DNA of 64,000 nucleotides from Nitrospirota bacterium (GCA_963788195.1 CAWBGA010000002.1:320001-384000); one strand, 5' to 3'; counted from the stretch's first letter, positions 31,034-41,458 are shown. The notes: generated by a model from the letters alone, not told the origin. Made by a program: numbers and translations.

Positions 31034-32164
31034 TCATGGGTGTGCGCTGCGGGCATAGGCGATCAACGCGCTCAGCGCCGGTCCGCCACCCGCAGCATTG
31101 AACGCGGTGTCCGACGTGATCGGACAATTGGCCTCGGCGCTTTGCACGGCGACCACGCGCGGCCATGGCTCCTCACCAAACCATCCCCAGACCGCGCCCC
31201 CGGAATGCCCCTGGGTTACGTCCATCAGGTGATCGAGGCGCAGCCCGGTCTGTCCTTGCGACGTCTCCGTATGCTCGTGGAGGATCGAGGCCTTGTTCTG
31301 GAAAGCGGGACGCTCGGCACCGGCCAGATCATTCGGGTATCCCATGGTTTGCCAGAAGTCACCACCGTTCCATCTGTTGGCGTACGTGATGAAGCCGGGG
31401 TAGCCCACGACATCTCCGATGCGCCAGTCCAGTACGCACACGACGTAGTCGAAGGCCTGCTCGTGCAGGGAGATTCCCCTCGCGGGGACGTTGCTGAGCC
31501 AGAAGATGACGCGCGTCGCGAACGCAGTTCCATAGGGGCCCGGGCCCCGGTCGTGGGCAGGGTCGAACCGCACCCAGCCGGTCTTGCCGTCGAGCCATTG
31601 GATGCCGTGGGCAGACGTCAACAGATGCCTGGGACCTATGGTGCAGCCGCTCGACGTGCCCACGGGCGTTTCGACCCGGCCCATGGTGCGCCATGGAAAC
31701 GTCAAGGGATCATAGAGCATCCGGCTGTCCGGATCGGTCACGCATAGCGGTCGGCTGCGTCCTTCGCGCAAGGGATCAAAGTCGAAGGGCGGGCGCGAGC
31801 GCTCGCGTAGCCGGAGCGGCACGCGCGGCGGAACGAATTCGACAGCCAGATGCGGCGGCCGGTAGCCCACCGACCGGCTGTTCATTAAGCTTTCGTTCAT
31901 GCGTCCGAGGGCAGGGCGCTCCGCCGGAATCTTGTCGTAGGGAGTCAACGGACCCCGCGCTCGTCCACTCTGAACAATTTCGACGACGAACCGGTCCCCG
32001 AACCGCCTGAGGTGAACCTTGCCAGCTCCGTCCGGGAGCCGGAATGCGCTGTGCCTCGTAACAATTCGCCGCGGAGTCGGCGCCTCGGGCGGCAACGGCT
32101 TCCGTCGGGCGAGCAGACGCGCAGTGAGTGGCTGCGGCAACGCGGTCGTTCGATTGGCGGCCAT
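31034..32164 (-). CDS. Trypsin-like (V8-type) serine peptidase
   Basis: LLTSAHG (His), FDY (Asp), QGHSGG (Ser). Confidence 0.85.
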   Translation of the reverse strand: MAANRTTALPQPLTARLLARRKPLPPEAPTPRRIVTRHSAFRLPDGAGKVHLRRFGDRFVVEIVQSGRARGPLTPYDKIPAERPALGRMNESLMNSRSVGYRPPHLAVEFVPPRVPLRLRERSRPPFDFDPLREGRSRPLCVTDPDSRMLYDPLTFPWRTMGRVETPVGTSSGCTIGPRHLLTSAHGIQWLDGKTGWVRFDPAHDRGPGPYGTAFATRVIFWLSNVPARGISLHEQAFDYVVCVLDWRIGDVVGYPGFITYANRWNGGDFWQTMGYPNDLAGAERPAFQNKASILHEHTETSQGQTGLRLDHLMDVTQGHSGGAVWGWFGEEPWPRVVAVQSAEANCPITSDTAFNAAGGGPALSALIAYARSAHP

Positions 32165-32256
32165 GGTCACTTCCTTCGTGCAAGTCGGTCGGCGAAATAC
32201 GCCCAAGCGTCTGCGACTGGGGCCGGAAAAGCGGCTGCAAGTGCTTGAGAAGTCTG

Positions 32257-32343
32257 TGGTGCCGAAGGCGGGATTTGAACCCGCACGCCCTTGCGAGCGC
32301 TAGACCCTGAATCTAGTGCGTCTGCCAGTTCCGCCACTTCGGC
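32257..32343 (-). tRNA. tRNA-Leu (CAG)
   Basis: GCCGAAG acceptor stem, CTAGA-TTCAGGG-TCTAG anticodon arm, long variable arm, GGTTCAAATCC, CCA end. Confidence 0.97.
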
Positions 32344-32479
32344 TCGTCGAAAGCGTCTTCAGTTCCGCATTTTCAAGTATTCAACGGGGCGAGTCAAGCC
32401 GAGCCATGCTGGTAATCTTTCCGCGCGCGGTGTTACAGTCGCTTCCATCCATGAGATTAAAATCTTAGGAGCGTTCCGG

Positions 32480-33287
32480 GTGACGTTCGTCTCTCGATGG
32501 GGCTCGTCCCTCATCCTCGCTGCATGGGCATGGATTATTCTGGTGCTTGCCGTCACCTTCCGGCGAGCCTGGGAACATTCCCCGGCGCCTGCCGGATATC
32601 AATGCCGTCGCGACCGAGCACTTGTTTTTGGTTCCGATATCGTTCCTGTTGTTTTTCACCTTGAGTTGGATACGGAAGAAACAGGATGAGGCCGACGGAC
32701 GGAGCAACACGTTCCCTCGCTGGCGTGCGACGATCGCCATATGGTTGCTGGCCTTCCTCCATCCCGTATCCTGCGGACTCTATCCGGCGGTGTTCAATCT
32801 CGACACCAGAACGCTGGAGCAAATTACCCGTTCGGTAGCCGGGATGCAGACAGGGATGTCACGAAGCGAAGTGGAGCGGGAAATCATTGTCCTTAATGCC
32901 AAACTTCCCATCCCCATGGGGGCGGATCAAGCCGAGCACGAAACTCAGGCTCGCGCCGTGGGGCGCTACCTCACCACCCATGATGCCGAGGAACGGGCAA
33001 GACTCTGGGCACAGATTTCGCGCGCGATCCTCATCTTCGTTCCCTGGGGACCTGGCGGGACGCCTCCGGATCCCGGCGACGCCAGCCAATTTTTTCAACG
33101 CCGCACCCGCGCATCGAGTGACATGGGCCAGGACAGGATCAAAGTTCGATATGGGCCCGGCGATAAAGTGGAGGAAATCATATATTCGTCCAATCGCCAA
33201 CTGACCGAAGCCCGTGGTCCCTGCACAATCCATCTCATCGTGCCGGCGCCTCCAGAGGCCTCGTTTCCCATACCATGCCCGAAGTGA
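32480..33287 (+). CDS. Hypothetical membrane protein; frameshift near 32580
   Basis: Hydrophobic segments in two overlapping frames; SD AGGAG before GTG. Confidence 0.55.
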
Positions 33288-33290
33288 GAC

Positions 33291-34550
33291 CTACTGATGC
33301 GCGGTGCCGGCGGGGAAAAGGCTATCGGCGGGAAGGCTTGCAGGCCATCCCAGCAGCCAGCCGGCGTCCAGCATTGGCTTAGCTTCTGGAAGCTCGCGGG
33401 GATCTCCCGCCAGCACGATCCGCTCACGAGTCATGCACGCGCAGATGAGGAGGAGAGGAAGGGGAATGCGTGGGGCCTCATACACCAACAAGGCATCATA
33501 TCGGAGCGGGGCGAAGATCGTATCCCCCGCCACGGTTGCCGCGGTCGCGGCGATCATACGCTTAGCTTGGAGGAAGGGACGCCGCGTCTTATCCTCTTCC
33601 GTCGCGATCACGTCCCTGACCCGCTCAACTCCGCCTAAGCGGGAGATCTCGTCCTTCAACTCGTTATACTCAGGGCGCATCTCCGGTGCGACATAGGCTT
33701 CCGGTTTCAACTCGCTGATGCGTGCCTGCGCAATCTCCAGTTCCTTGAGATACTCCTGTTTCTGCTCCTCATACAACGCGCAGTTCTCTTTCATCGACTC
33801 GATGTTGTTGCCGACGACCTGCATCCCGACGCGATGCCAGATCGGCAAGGTGTCATAGGCGGCGGAGATAGTTTCCAGTCGTTTAATGCTTCCCTGGACG
33901 TCCCCCAACGCCGTGAGTAGGCGCCATTCCAGGTTGCGGACCTCATCGAGGTCCTTCTGTTTCTCAGCTTTGTAGTGGAGGATAGGCGCCAATTCAAGAT
34001 AGCGCGTGAGCTTGCGGCGAAGCCCGGCCTTGTCCGATTGAGCTTTACCGAGGAACGAGGCGATCTGAGCGTCGAAGCTTAGCTCGCGTAGGTTGATGCC
34101 GGCCTCCGTGGCGCTGGTCGTCGGCTCGTACCGACAGAGAAAGCTTCGATATTGAAGACCCGCTCCCCGCAGAGCTTTCGCCGAAGCGAGCAATGCCTCA
34201 TCCAACGTCCGATTATCCGGAGCGATGAATAGCACCCGTTTGTTGGCTTTAATCAGCTCGGTCATGGCGCCGCACAGCTTGGCTTGTCGCACCTGACGAT
34301 CTGCGGTCCAGATCGGTGTGAGGACGGAGGTGACGGCGGTGGAACGGAGGCCTGCATCAAGCGAGGCTTGCTCCGGCGCGACCCAGGGGACCAAACGATC
34401 CGCGGCGCTAAAATAGTAACTGTTTGCATGATGCAGGACGTCTTCTAATCGTTGCCGCACTTTTACAGAAATACCCGAGGGGTCCCGTGTCAGGGCCTCC
34501 TCTTGAACCATATGCTGGATGAGTGCCGGGATGAGATCGAATGCCTTCAT
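33291..34550 (-). CDS. Degenerate SF1 (Upf1/AAA_11-like) helicase-domain protein with coiled-coil insert
   Basis: VLFIAPDNRTLD, YDALLVYEA, VLAGDPRELP; no Walker A. Confidence 0.6.
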   Translation of the reverse strand: MKAFDLIPALIQHMVQEEALTRDPSGISVKVRQRLEDVLHHANSYYFSAADRLVPWVAPEQASLDAGLRSTAVTSVLTPIWTADRQVRQAKLCGAMTELIKANKRVLFIAPDNRTLDEALLASAKALRGAGLQYRSFLCRYEPTTSATEAGINLRELSFDAQIASFLGKAQSDKAGLRRKLTRYLELAPILHYKAEKQKDLDEVRNLEWRLLTALGDVQGSIKRLETISAAYDTLPIWHRVGMQVVGNNIESMKENCALYEEQKQEYLKELEIAQARISELKPEAYVAPEMRPEYNELKDEISRLGGVERVRDVIATEEDKTRRPFLQAKRMIAATAATVAGDTIFAPLRYDALLVYEAPRIPLPLLLICACMTRERIVLAGDPRELPEAKPMLDAGWLLGWPASLPADSLFPAGTAHQ

Positions 34551-35086
34551 TCTTGCAGGGCCTCAAGTAAGGATACGGCCAGGCATCCGAGTTCGCCCGC
34601 AGGGTCCATTCTTTGGTGCCGGCAGTCACGGGTTTGCGCATTGGACATCGCCCTGGACAGCCTAGTGCCTACTTCGAGCGGCAGGTCTGCCACCCGATAC
34701 AGGCGAATGCCTCCGTCGTCTGTGGCGGAAAGGATGAGGAGACGTTGGTGCTGATCATCGTCGATGATTGCGGCCCGAGGGGCGCCGGCCGGAAGCTTTC
34801 CAAGGCGATAGCCGTCGAGGACCCAGGCCTGCTTGATAATATGCGGAGGAGGTTGCACGGGGGCCCGACTCATCCGAATGTTCAACAAGAAGGGATCGAA
34901 AGCCGTCTGCGTTTCCGAAAGCAGCGAACCCTCCTGGGCACCGGCTGGAGCGGTGTCGGCGTGGACCGAACTGACCCTTGTGCCGAGAGATCCAAGGAAC
35001 AAGACGGCGACAATGAGAGGGATCAGGCGCAACAATAGTGCTCCTTTTCCATAATTGTAGCGAAGGTAACCCTGAATCACAATCAC
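34547..35086 (-). CDS. Hypothetical exported protein
   Basis: N-terminal hydrophobic signal; stop overlaps next start. Confidence 0.55.
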   Translation of the reverse strand: MIVIQGYLRYNYGKGALLLRLIPLIVAVLFLGSLGTRVSSVHADTAPAGAQEGSLLSETQTAFDPFLLNIRMSRAPVQPPPHIIKQAWVLDGYRLGKLPAGAPRAAIIDDDQHQRLLILSATDDGGIRLYRVADLPLEVGTRLSRAMSNAQTRDCRHQRMDPAGELGCLAVSLLEALQE

Positions 35087-35092
35087 GTTTCA

Positions 35093-35121
35093 TTGACATT
35101 CAGTCGGTGGTTAGGTAGGAT
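35093..35121 (+). promoter_or_regulatory. sigma70 promoter of rplI-glyA-nrdR
   Basis: TTGACA-N17-TAGGAT. Confidence 0.7.
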
Positions 35122-35150
35122 TCGAACCCTCTTCAGAAGGAGTTTTATCA

Positions 35151-35639
35151 ATGAAAGTTATTCTGCGGGAAGACGTCGAAGACGTGGGAAACATTGGGGA
35201 CGTGCTTGAAGTCGCCCCCGGATTCGCTCGAAACTATCTGATCCCAGGCAACAAGGCGGTGGAAGCCACCACTCGCAGCATCAAGACGGTTGAGCATGCG
35301 AAGCGAGTAATCGGCGAAAAGGCCAAAAAGGAGAAGGCTGCGCTCCAGGATTACGCGAAAAAAGTGAGCGCGACGAGCATCACAATTCCGGTGAATGTCG
35401 GCAAGGACGATAAGCTATTCGGCTCTGTGACGACGAAGGACATCGCGGATCTCTTACTCGCGCAGGGCATTGACATCGACAAACGCAAGATTCAGCTCCC
35501 ACATGCCATACGCGAGCTTGGCACGACTAAGGTAGCGATCAAACTTAATTCTCAGGTCACGACGGAGATCAACGTGACGGTCGTCAGAGCTCAAGCCCCG
35601 GACGCTCCAATCGAGCCTCCTTCAGTCCCGCAAAGCTGA
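35151..35639 (+). CDS. rplI: 50S ribosomal protein L9
   Basis: [25 protein letters not shown]. Confidence 0.97.
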   Translation: MKVILREDVEDVGNIGDVLEVAPGFARNYLIPGNKAVEATTRSIKTVEHAKRVIGEKAKKEKAALQDYAKKVSATSITIPVNVGKDDKLFGSVTTKDIADLLLAQGIDIDKRKIQLPHAIRELGTTKVAIKLNSQVTTEINVTVVRAQAPDAPIEPPSVPQS

Positions 35640-35646
35640 GCTCGGC

Positions 35647-36894
35647 ATGGCAAGTCCACTTCGCACCACCGATCGAGAAGTGTATGACGCGGTTCGTCGG
35701 GAAGGGCGCCGCCAGCGGGACAAGATTCTTCTCATCGCCTCCGAAAATTTTGCGAGCCCGGCCGTGTTGGCGGCACAAGGCTCGGTGCTGACGAATAAGT
35801 ACGCGGAAGGGTATCCAGGCCGACGCTACTACGGCGGCTGTCAGTACGTCGATGTCGTAGAAAACCTGGCAATCCAGAGGGCCCAGCAACTATTCGGCGC
35901 CGAGCACGTCAATGTGCAGCCACACTCCGGATCTCAGGCGAACATGGCGGTGTACTCCTCCGTACTCAAGCCAGGCGATGCCATTCTTGGTATGGATTTG
36001 GCCCATGGAGGACACCTCACCCACGGAAGCCGAGTGAGCTTCTCGGGGATGCTGTATCGTGCCTTTTTTTATGGTGTCGACCGCACGACCGAGCGAATTG
36101 ATTATGACGCCGTGCATAAGCTCGCTGAAGAGCACCGTCCCCGGATGATTGTCGTCGGCGCCAGCGCCTATTCTCGAGTCATTGATTTTCCGAAGTTCCA
36201 GGAGATCGCGAAGGCCGTCGGCGCCTACGTGATGGTGGACATTGCGCACATCGCCGGACTCATCGTCACCGGCCTTCATCCCAGCCCCGTTCCTTATGCG
36301 GATTTCGTCACGACAACCACTCATAAGACGCTCCGGGGCCCGCGAGGCGGAATGGTAATGTGTAAGGCGGAGCATGCCAAGGCGCTTGACAAGGCGGTAT
36401 TTCCCGGTTTGCAGGGTGGACCATTAATGCACGTCATTGCGGCCAAGGCTGTCGCATTCAAGGAGGCATTGCAGCCGGGCTTCAAGACTTATCAGCAACA
36501 AGTGGTGACTAATGCCCGGGCGCTTGCTGGGGGGCTGGAGAAGCGCGGGTTTCGAATCGTTTCCGGCGGCACGGACAATCACTTGATGCTGGTGGACGTG
36601 ACCGGGAAGGGGGTCACCGGCAAGGAAGCCGAGGCGGCGCTCGACGAAGCGGGAATCACGGTCAACAAAAACGCGATTCCCTACGATCAGAAGCCCCCGG
36701 CCATCGCGAGCGGAATTCGACTCGGCACGCCGCTTGTTTCCACCCGTGGCATGCGGGAGGAAGAAATGGAACAAATTGCGGATGCCATTGAGCAGGTTTT
36801 GTCGAGCCCGGGGGACGCCGCCGTCCGCAAACTTATCCGTTCCCGCGTGAGGGTGCTCTGCGGAAAATTTCCTATCTTTTCCGAATACCGGTAG
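35647..36894 (+). CDS. glyA: Serine hydroxymethyltransferase
   Basis: [33 protein letters not shown]. Confidence 0.98.
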   Translation: MASPLRTTDREVYDAVRREGRRQRDKILLIASENFASPAVLAAQGSVLTNKYAEGYPGRRYYGGCQYVDVVENLAIQRAQQLFGAEHVNVQPHSGSQANMAVYSSVLKPGDAILGMDLAHGGHLTHGSRVSFSGMLYRAFFYGVDRTTERIDYDAVHKLAEEHRPRMIVVGASAYSRVIDFPKFQEIAKAVGAYVMVDIAHIAGLIVTGLHPSPVPYADFVTTTTHKTLRGPRGGMVMCKAEHAKALDKAVFPGLQGGPLMHVIAAKAVAFKEALQPGFKTYQQQVVTNARALAGGLEKRGFRIVSGGTDNHLMLVDVTGKGVTGKEAEAALDEAGITVNKNAIPYDQKPPAIASGIRLGTPLVSTRGMREEEMEQIADAIEQVLSSPGDAAVRKLIRSRVRVLCGKFPIFSEYR

Positions 36895-36950
36895 TAACTC
36901 CGGGAAAAGGCCGTCGGGCGTTATAGGGAATAGCGAGGGTAGCCGGCTAA

Positions 36951-37427
36951 ATGCGATGCCCGTTTTGTAGCCGCTTTGAGGACAAGGTTGTAGACTCGCG
37001 CATGGCCAAGGAGGGCGAAGCGATTCGCCGCCGTCGGGAATGCCTTGGTTGTAAGCGACGATTCACTACCTATGAGCGGGTGGATGAAGTCCTTCCAATG
37101 CTCGTGAAGAAGGACGGCCGCCGTGAGCCTTTCGACCGGGCCAAAGTACTCGCCGGACTGAAGAAAGCCTGCGAGAAGCGCCCAATCAGCATTGCGACAC
37201 TAGAGGCGGTCGCCGATCGGGTCGAAAAGCGTGTTCAGGAGCGCGGCGAGGCTGAAGTACAAGCGCGTGTTGTGGGCGAAGAGGTGATGGCGGAATTGTA
37301 TCAACTCGATCAGGTGGCCTATGTGAGATTTGCCTCGGTGTACCGTGAGTTCAAAGACGTCGCGCAGTTTATGGATGAAGTTAAAGTGTTGATCCGTGAA
37401 CGCGGTCCCGCTCCGGTCGAACCGTAA
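36951..37427 (+). CDS. nrdR: Transcriptional repressor NrdR
   Basis: MRCPFC, IRRRREC, ATP cone, AYVRFASVY. Confidence 0.98.
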   Translation: MRCPFCSRFEDKVVDSRMAKEGEAIRRRRECLGCKRRFTTYERVDEVLPMLVKKDGRREPFDRAKVLAGLKKACEKRPISIATLEAVADRVEKRVQERGEAEVQARVVGEEVMAELYQLDQVAYVRFASVYREFKDVAQFMDEVKVLIRERGPAPVEP

Positions 37428-37478
37428 CTTGTTCCTTCCCTCCTTCCGTTGCAGGGCCTTTCTGATGCAGGGGAAAGA

Positions 37479-38600
37479 ATGACCGTAAAATTGAAGTCCA
37501 CCCGCCGCCGTCCGATCCTGAAAACGCGCCGGGGGTCCACCCGTCTGTCGCCGCCCGCAACCCGTGTTGCCATCATCGGCGCCGGCGCTGGGGGTTCGGC
37601 CCTACTCTCCATTTTGGTGGGCGATCCACTGGTTCAGTTGGTCGGCATTGCTGAGATCAATCCTAAAGCACCTGGCCTGCGCCTCGCGAAACGGTACGGC
37701 ATCCCAATAGTTCGCGATTACAAGGAGCTCCTGCGCTCCGAAAACGTCAATCTCGTTATCGATGTGACTGGTCACCAGAAAGTCGAGGAGGCGCTGGCTG
37801 AATTCGACCGCGTGGGCGTGGCCGTCATCGGCGGCACCTCCGCCAAGTTCATGTGGCAGCTCATGGAAGCGCACGTGCGTGCAAACGCTGAGACAAAGCG
37901 TTATCTGAAGAAATATCAGGACCTTTATAAGCTTTATGTGAAAGAAGCGGGCGCGGCGGTTACCGAAGAGCGAAGCCGCATCGCCTGCGAGATCCACGAC
38001 GGGCTGATTCAGACCTTGGCCGGGATCAACTTCAAGATGGAGCTGTGCCGCGAGCTGATTTTCTCCGATCCCACCCGATCCCATGCCCTCCTCAGCGACG
38101 CGAAGACGCAATTAAAAGAGGCTATTGAGGAGTCCCGGCAGGTCATCTTCAATCTTCGGCCGCTCTATTATGAATCGATGCGCCTGGTTCCCGCGCTGAC
38201 GGCCTATCTCAAGTCCTACGAGACCCAGTCCCACATTCGCACGGAATTCAAAACCACCGGTGAAGAAACGGCTTTGACGCCGAAGATTAAAATTTTTCTG
38301 TTTCGCATTGTGCAGGAAGCCTTGAGCAACGTTCACAAACATGCGAAGGCCGGGTCGGTGACGGTCACCCTGATACTGACTAAACAGTATCTCTGTGCGA
38401 CGATTGAGGACAACGGAGTTGGATTTGACGTCGACGCGGTCTCGCTGGATCCCACCAAGTGGCACTCCTTCGGCTTAAAGGGGTTTGTCGAGCGGGCCCG
38501 GCTCGTCGGCGGCACCGCCAAAATCGAATCCCAGAAGGGCTATGGGACACGCGTGCAGGTGGATATTCCCCTCATGAAAGAGCAGGCTGATGGCCGTTGA
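37479..38600 (+). CDS. Cytoplasmic NarX/DegS-type sensor kinase with N-terminal Rossmann domain
   Basis: VAIIGAGAGG; ERSRIACEIHD; QEALSNVHKHA, DNGVGF. Confidence 0.88.
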   Translation: MTVKLKSTRRRPILKTRRGSTRLSPPATRVAIIGAGAGGSALLSILVGDPLVQLVGIAEINPKAPGLRLAKRYGIPIVRDYKELLRSENVNLVIDVTGHQKVEEALAEFDRVGVAVIGGTSAKFMWQLMEAHVRANAETKRYLKKYQDLYKLYVKEAGAAVTEERSRIACEIHDGLIQTLAGINFKMELCRELIFSDPTRSHALLSDAKTQLKEAIEESRQVIFNLRPLYYESMRLVPALTAYLKSYETQSHIRTEFKTTGEETALTPKIKIFLFRIVQEALSNVHKHAKAGSVTVTLILTKQYLCATIEDNGVGFDVDAVSLDPTKWHSFGLKGFVERARLVGGTAKIESQKGYGTRVQVDIPLMKEQADGR

Positions 38601-39282
38601 AAAGACGAAGGTGCTTATTGCCGATGACCACCGCGTAGTGCGCGAAGGCCTTGTAGCGATTTTGCGAGAGTGCCAGGATCTGGAAGTTGTCGGAGAGGCA
38701 TCCGACGGACAGGAAGCGGTTGAGAAGGCGAGGAAACTTCAGCCTGATGTGATCTTAATGGATGTGAGTATGCCTCGAATGAATGGGGTTGAAGCCACCC
38801 GCGCGATTAAGCGGGAGTCGCCACACATCGGCATCGTGGCCTTGACGATGTATGATGAGGAAAAATACATCTTCGATCTGGTACGGGCCGGCGCAACGGG
38901 ATACTTGCTCAAAGACTCCGACTCGGCGCAGATCATCTCATCGATCCGTTCCATCTATAAGGGCGAATCGCTGATCCATCCGTCTGTGGCAAGCAAGATT
39001 CTCGCGGAATTTTCGCTACTCGCCGAAGGAAAGAGCAAGAAGCAGGGTCGTGCGGAGCACGACTTGACGGAACGAGAGATCACGGTGCTTCGTCTCGTTG
39101 CGGCGGGTAAGACAAACAAGGAAATCGCGAATGATCTGGACCTTAGCGAGAAGACCGTAAAAAATCATGTCCGTAACATCTTCCACAAGCTACAGGTCTA
39201 CGACCGGACACAGGCGGCGATCCTTGGGATCCGCAAAGGTCTGATCGAGTTAGACCCGCCGATTGAGAAACCGTCTCGCTAA
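38590..39282 (+). CDS. NarL/LuxR family response regulator
   Basis: REC domain plus [22 protein letters not shown]. Confidence 0.95.
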   Translation: MAVEKTKVLIADDHRVVREGLVAILRECQDLEVVGEASDGQEAVEKARKLQPDVILMDVSMPRMNGVEATRAIKRESPHIGIVALTMYDEEKYIFDLVRAGATGYLLKDSDSAQIISSIRSIYKGESLIHPSVASKILAEFSLLAEGKSKKQGRAEHDLTEREITVLRLVAAGKTNKEIANDLDLSEKTVKNHVRNIFHKLQVYDRTQAAILGIRKGLIELDPPIEKPSR

Positions 39283-39932
39283 CCGTAACGGTCCTCGTCC
39301 CATGGTAACGCGGTGTTGGAATAGCCACGGACTTCCCAGAAACCCGGGGTGTCACGTTCAAGGAAAGTAATTTCTTTAACCCATTTGGCGCCTTTCCAGG
39401 CATAGCGTTTCGGAACGATCATGCGGACCGGCCCTCCATGCTCCTTCGGCAAGGGCTGGTCGTTCCAGGTAGACGTGAGCAGCACGTCATCATCGTCGCA
39501 AGCCTCCAGCGGCAAATTAACAGTGTAGTTATCGTAGGAAGTAAATAGGATGAACCGCGCCTGAGGCAGGGGACGTACGACCGCCAGGATATGCCGAAAG
39601 CTCACACCTTCCCATCGATTATCGAAAGTACTCCAGGTAGTCACACAGTGAAAATCGGACGTGGAACAGAGTCGTGGCTGCTCCAAAAATTGGGGCCAGG
39701 ACCAAAGGATTTTGTTCTCAACAAGACCGCCGATTGCGAGCGTCCAATCGGTCAAGGCGATCTCGGGATGGATTCCCAGGTCCAGCACGGGCCAACCTTT
39801 AGTGATATGCTGGCCGGGAGGGAGACGACTGTGCCGGACTCGGCGGTCCGGGGGAACGCCTTCTTCAGTCAGCCCCCTTTTTGCTTCGGCCCAGGCCTCT
39901 TTTTTTGCAATGAAGCGCTCGTTTGATTCCAT
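39279..39932 (-). CDS. Sulfite-oxidase-like molybdopterin oxidoreductase
   Basis: RLPPGQ, DFHCVTTWS, HGGPVR, YAWKGAKW, GFWEVRGY. Confidence 0.9.
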   Translation of the reverse strand: MESNERFIAKKEAWAEAKRGLTEEGVPPDRRVRHSRLPPGQHITKGWPVLDLGIHPEIALTDWTLAIGGLVENKILWSWPQFLEQPRLCSTSDFHCVTTWSTFDNRWEGVSFRHILAVVRPLPQARFILFTSYDNYTVNLPLEACDDDDVLLTSTWNDQPLPKEHGGPVRMIVPKRYAWKGAKWVKEITFLERDTPGFWEVRGYSNTALPWDEDRYG

Positions 39933-40146
39933 GGTATATCCTGAATGTTCCCCGCAAAGTGGAGAAATTGACCGTACCATTATGGCCCGCCGTTGGGCAA
40001 CTCTCAACATTGACGATGCTCTATTTTATCCCTGAAACGCCTCATATGAGGTCTTTTTGCAACACCCCAAAAGGTAAAGTTTTCATGGTGTTTCTACTAA
40101 TGTATAAAAAACAATTGATTATAGCTTTTCCGTCAGTGTAAAAGGA

Positions 40147-40162
40147 TGGCACTCGAATTGCT
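40147..40162 (+). promoter_or_regulatory. sigma54 -24/-12 promoter
   Basis: TGGCAC-TCGAA-TTGCT matches TGGCAC-N5-TTGC(A/T). Confidence 0.75.
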
Positions 40163-40177
40163 CTCTATGAACAATTG

Positions 40178-41110
40178 ATGGCTCAAATGCGCTTACAACA
40201 GACAATCAGCCGCCCTGTGCGGTGCAGCGGCATCGGTCTTCATTCCGGACGGAGGGTTTCTCTGTCCCTCCTGCCCGCTCCTCGCGATACAGGCATTGTC
40301 TTTGTTAGGAAAGATATTGACAGCGGGGTCCACGTGGACGCCTTGATCAAAAATATCCGTCCAGCGCTGCTATCTACGGTCGTGGGTGTGGATGGTGTGC
40401 AGGTCCAGACCACTGAGCACGTCCTGGCGGCAGCGATCGGCATGGGGATCGACAACCTTCATATCGAGGTGGACGCCCCAGAGCTTCCGGTGATGGACGG
40501 GAGTGCCGCCCCCTTTGTCAAGATGATCCTCGACGCGGGAATCACGACTCAGGACCGGCATCGGTCATTTTTGAAGATCCTCCGTCCGGTTGAAGTCAGT
40601 GACGGTAATAAATCTGTCGCCATTCGTCCGGCTTCATTATCGAGCATTAGGTACACAATCGACTATAACCATCCGTTGATTCGCCGCCAGGATTATATGT
40701 ACCGGGATTCGCCTGAGGCGTTCGTAAGCGAAATCGCTCCGGCACGAACCTTCGGTTTTTTGCGGGAAGTAGAAGCACTGTGGGATGCCGGTTTAGGGCT
40801 TGGCGGGTCGTTGCAAAACACGCTTATTCTGTCCGACAATGGTCTTCTTAACGAAGACGGACTTCGTTTCACCGATGAATTTGTGCGACACAAAATCCTG
40901 GACCTGATCGGAGATATGGCCCTGCTCGGTCTGCCTTTTATCGGGGAAGTGGTGGCTTTCCGCTCGGGACATGCCTTGCATGCTCGGCTCGTCGATAAGA
41001 TCCTGGAGTCCCGCGAGAACTGGATCATGGTATCCGGAGAAATCGTCATACCTGCTGGGCGCGTCAACCATCTGGCCGCTGCTTGTGTCGCCAGCCCTGA
41101 ACGCGGTTAG
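40178..41110 (+). CDS. lpxC: UDP-3-O-acyl-N-acetylglucosamine deacetylase
   Basis: GIGLHSG, TEHVLAA, MDGSA, ARTFGF, HKILDLIGD. Confidence 0.96.
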   Translation: MAQMRLQQTISRPVRCSGIGLHSGRRVSLSLLPAPRDTGIVFVRKDIDSGVHVDALIKNIRPALLSTVVGVDGVQVQTTEHVLAAAIGMGIDNLHIEVDAPELPVMDGSAAPFVKMILDAGITTQDRHRSFLKILRPVEVSDGNKSVAIRPASLSSIRYTIDYNHPLIRRQDYMYRDSPEAFVSEIAPARTFGFLREVEALWDAGLGLGGSLQNTLILSDNGLLNEDGLRFTDEFVRHKILDLIGDMALLGLPFIGEVVAFRSGHALHARLVDKILESRENWIMVSGEIVIPAGRVNHLAAACVASPERG

Positions 41111-41168
41111 GCCGGCGCGTCGTAGTCAGTTTGCAATTCCCTCACCTTCTCTAGAATCGACTTAAAGC

Positions 41169-41287
41169 AATCCGGGTCAGAGTTATCAGAAGACAGGTTA
41201 CTTTCCGATTGTTCCGCGCTCGATCGCACGCCTCATGGCGGCAAAGTTGCCTGTCCCGTCTGTCATAAATCGACTCTGACCCGGATT
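41169..41287. other. 119-nt long hairpin with perfect 15-bp terminal inverted repeat (ncRNA or MITE candidate)
   Basis: AATCCGGGTCAGAGT ... ACTCTGACCCGGATT; inner pairings GACAGG/CCTGTC and ACTTT/AAAGT. Confidence 0.55.
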
Positions 41288-41317
41288 ATTTGGATTATTA
41301 AATTGAGGGTGGGGTGA

Positions 41318-41349
41318 GTGTTGGGGGCAAGTGGCCTCGCCCCCAACAC
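41318..41349 (-). terminator. Hairpin downstream of the micro-ORFs
   Basis: GTGTTGGGGGC-N10-GCCCCCAACAC. Confidence 0.65.
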
Positions 41350-41366
41350 GCGATGCTAGAGGGGAG

Positions 41367-41402
41367 TTATCTCTTTTTCTTCGCCTTTTTTTTCGCTGGC
41401 AT
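41367..41402 (-). CDS. Lysine-rich micropeptide MPAKKKAKKKR (11 aa)
   Basis: SD AAGGAGGTGA just upstream of ATG; TAA stop; paralog of 41459-41497. Confidence 0.7.
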   Translation of the reverse strand: MPAKKKAKKKR

Positions 41403-41458
41403 TAATCTTCACCTCCTTTCATCATTCGATGGTGTACTAACAGTAGAGTGAACCAGCT

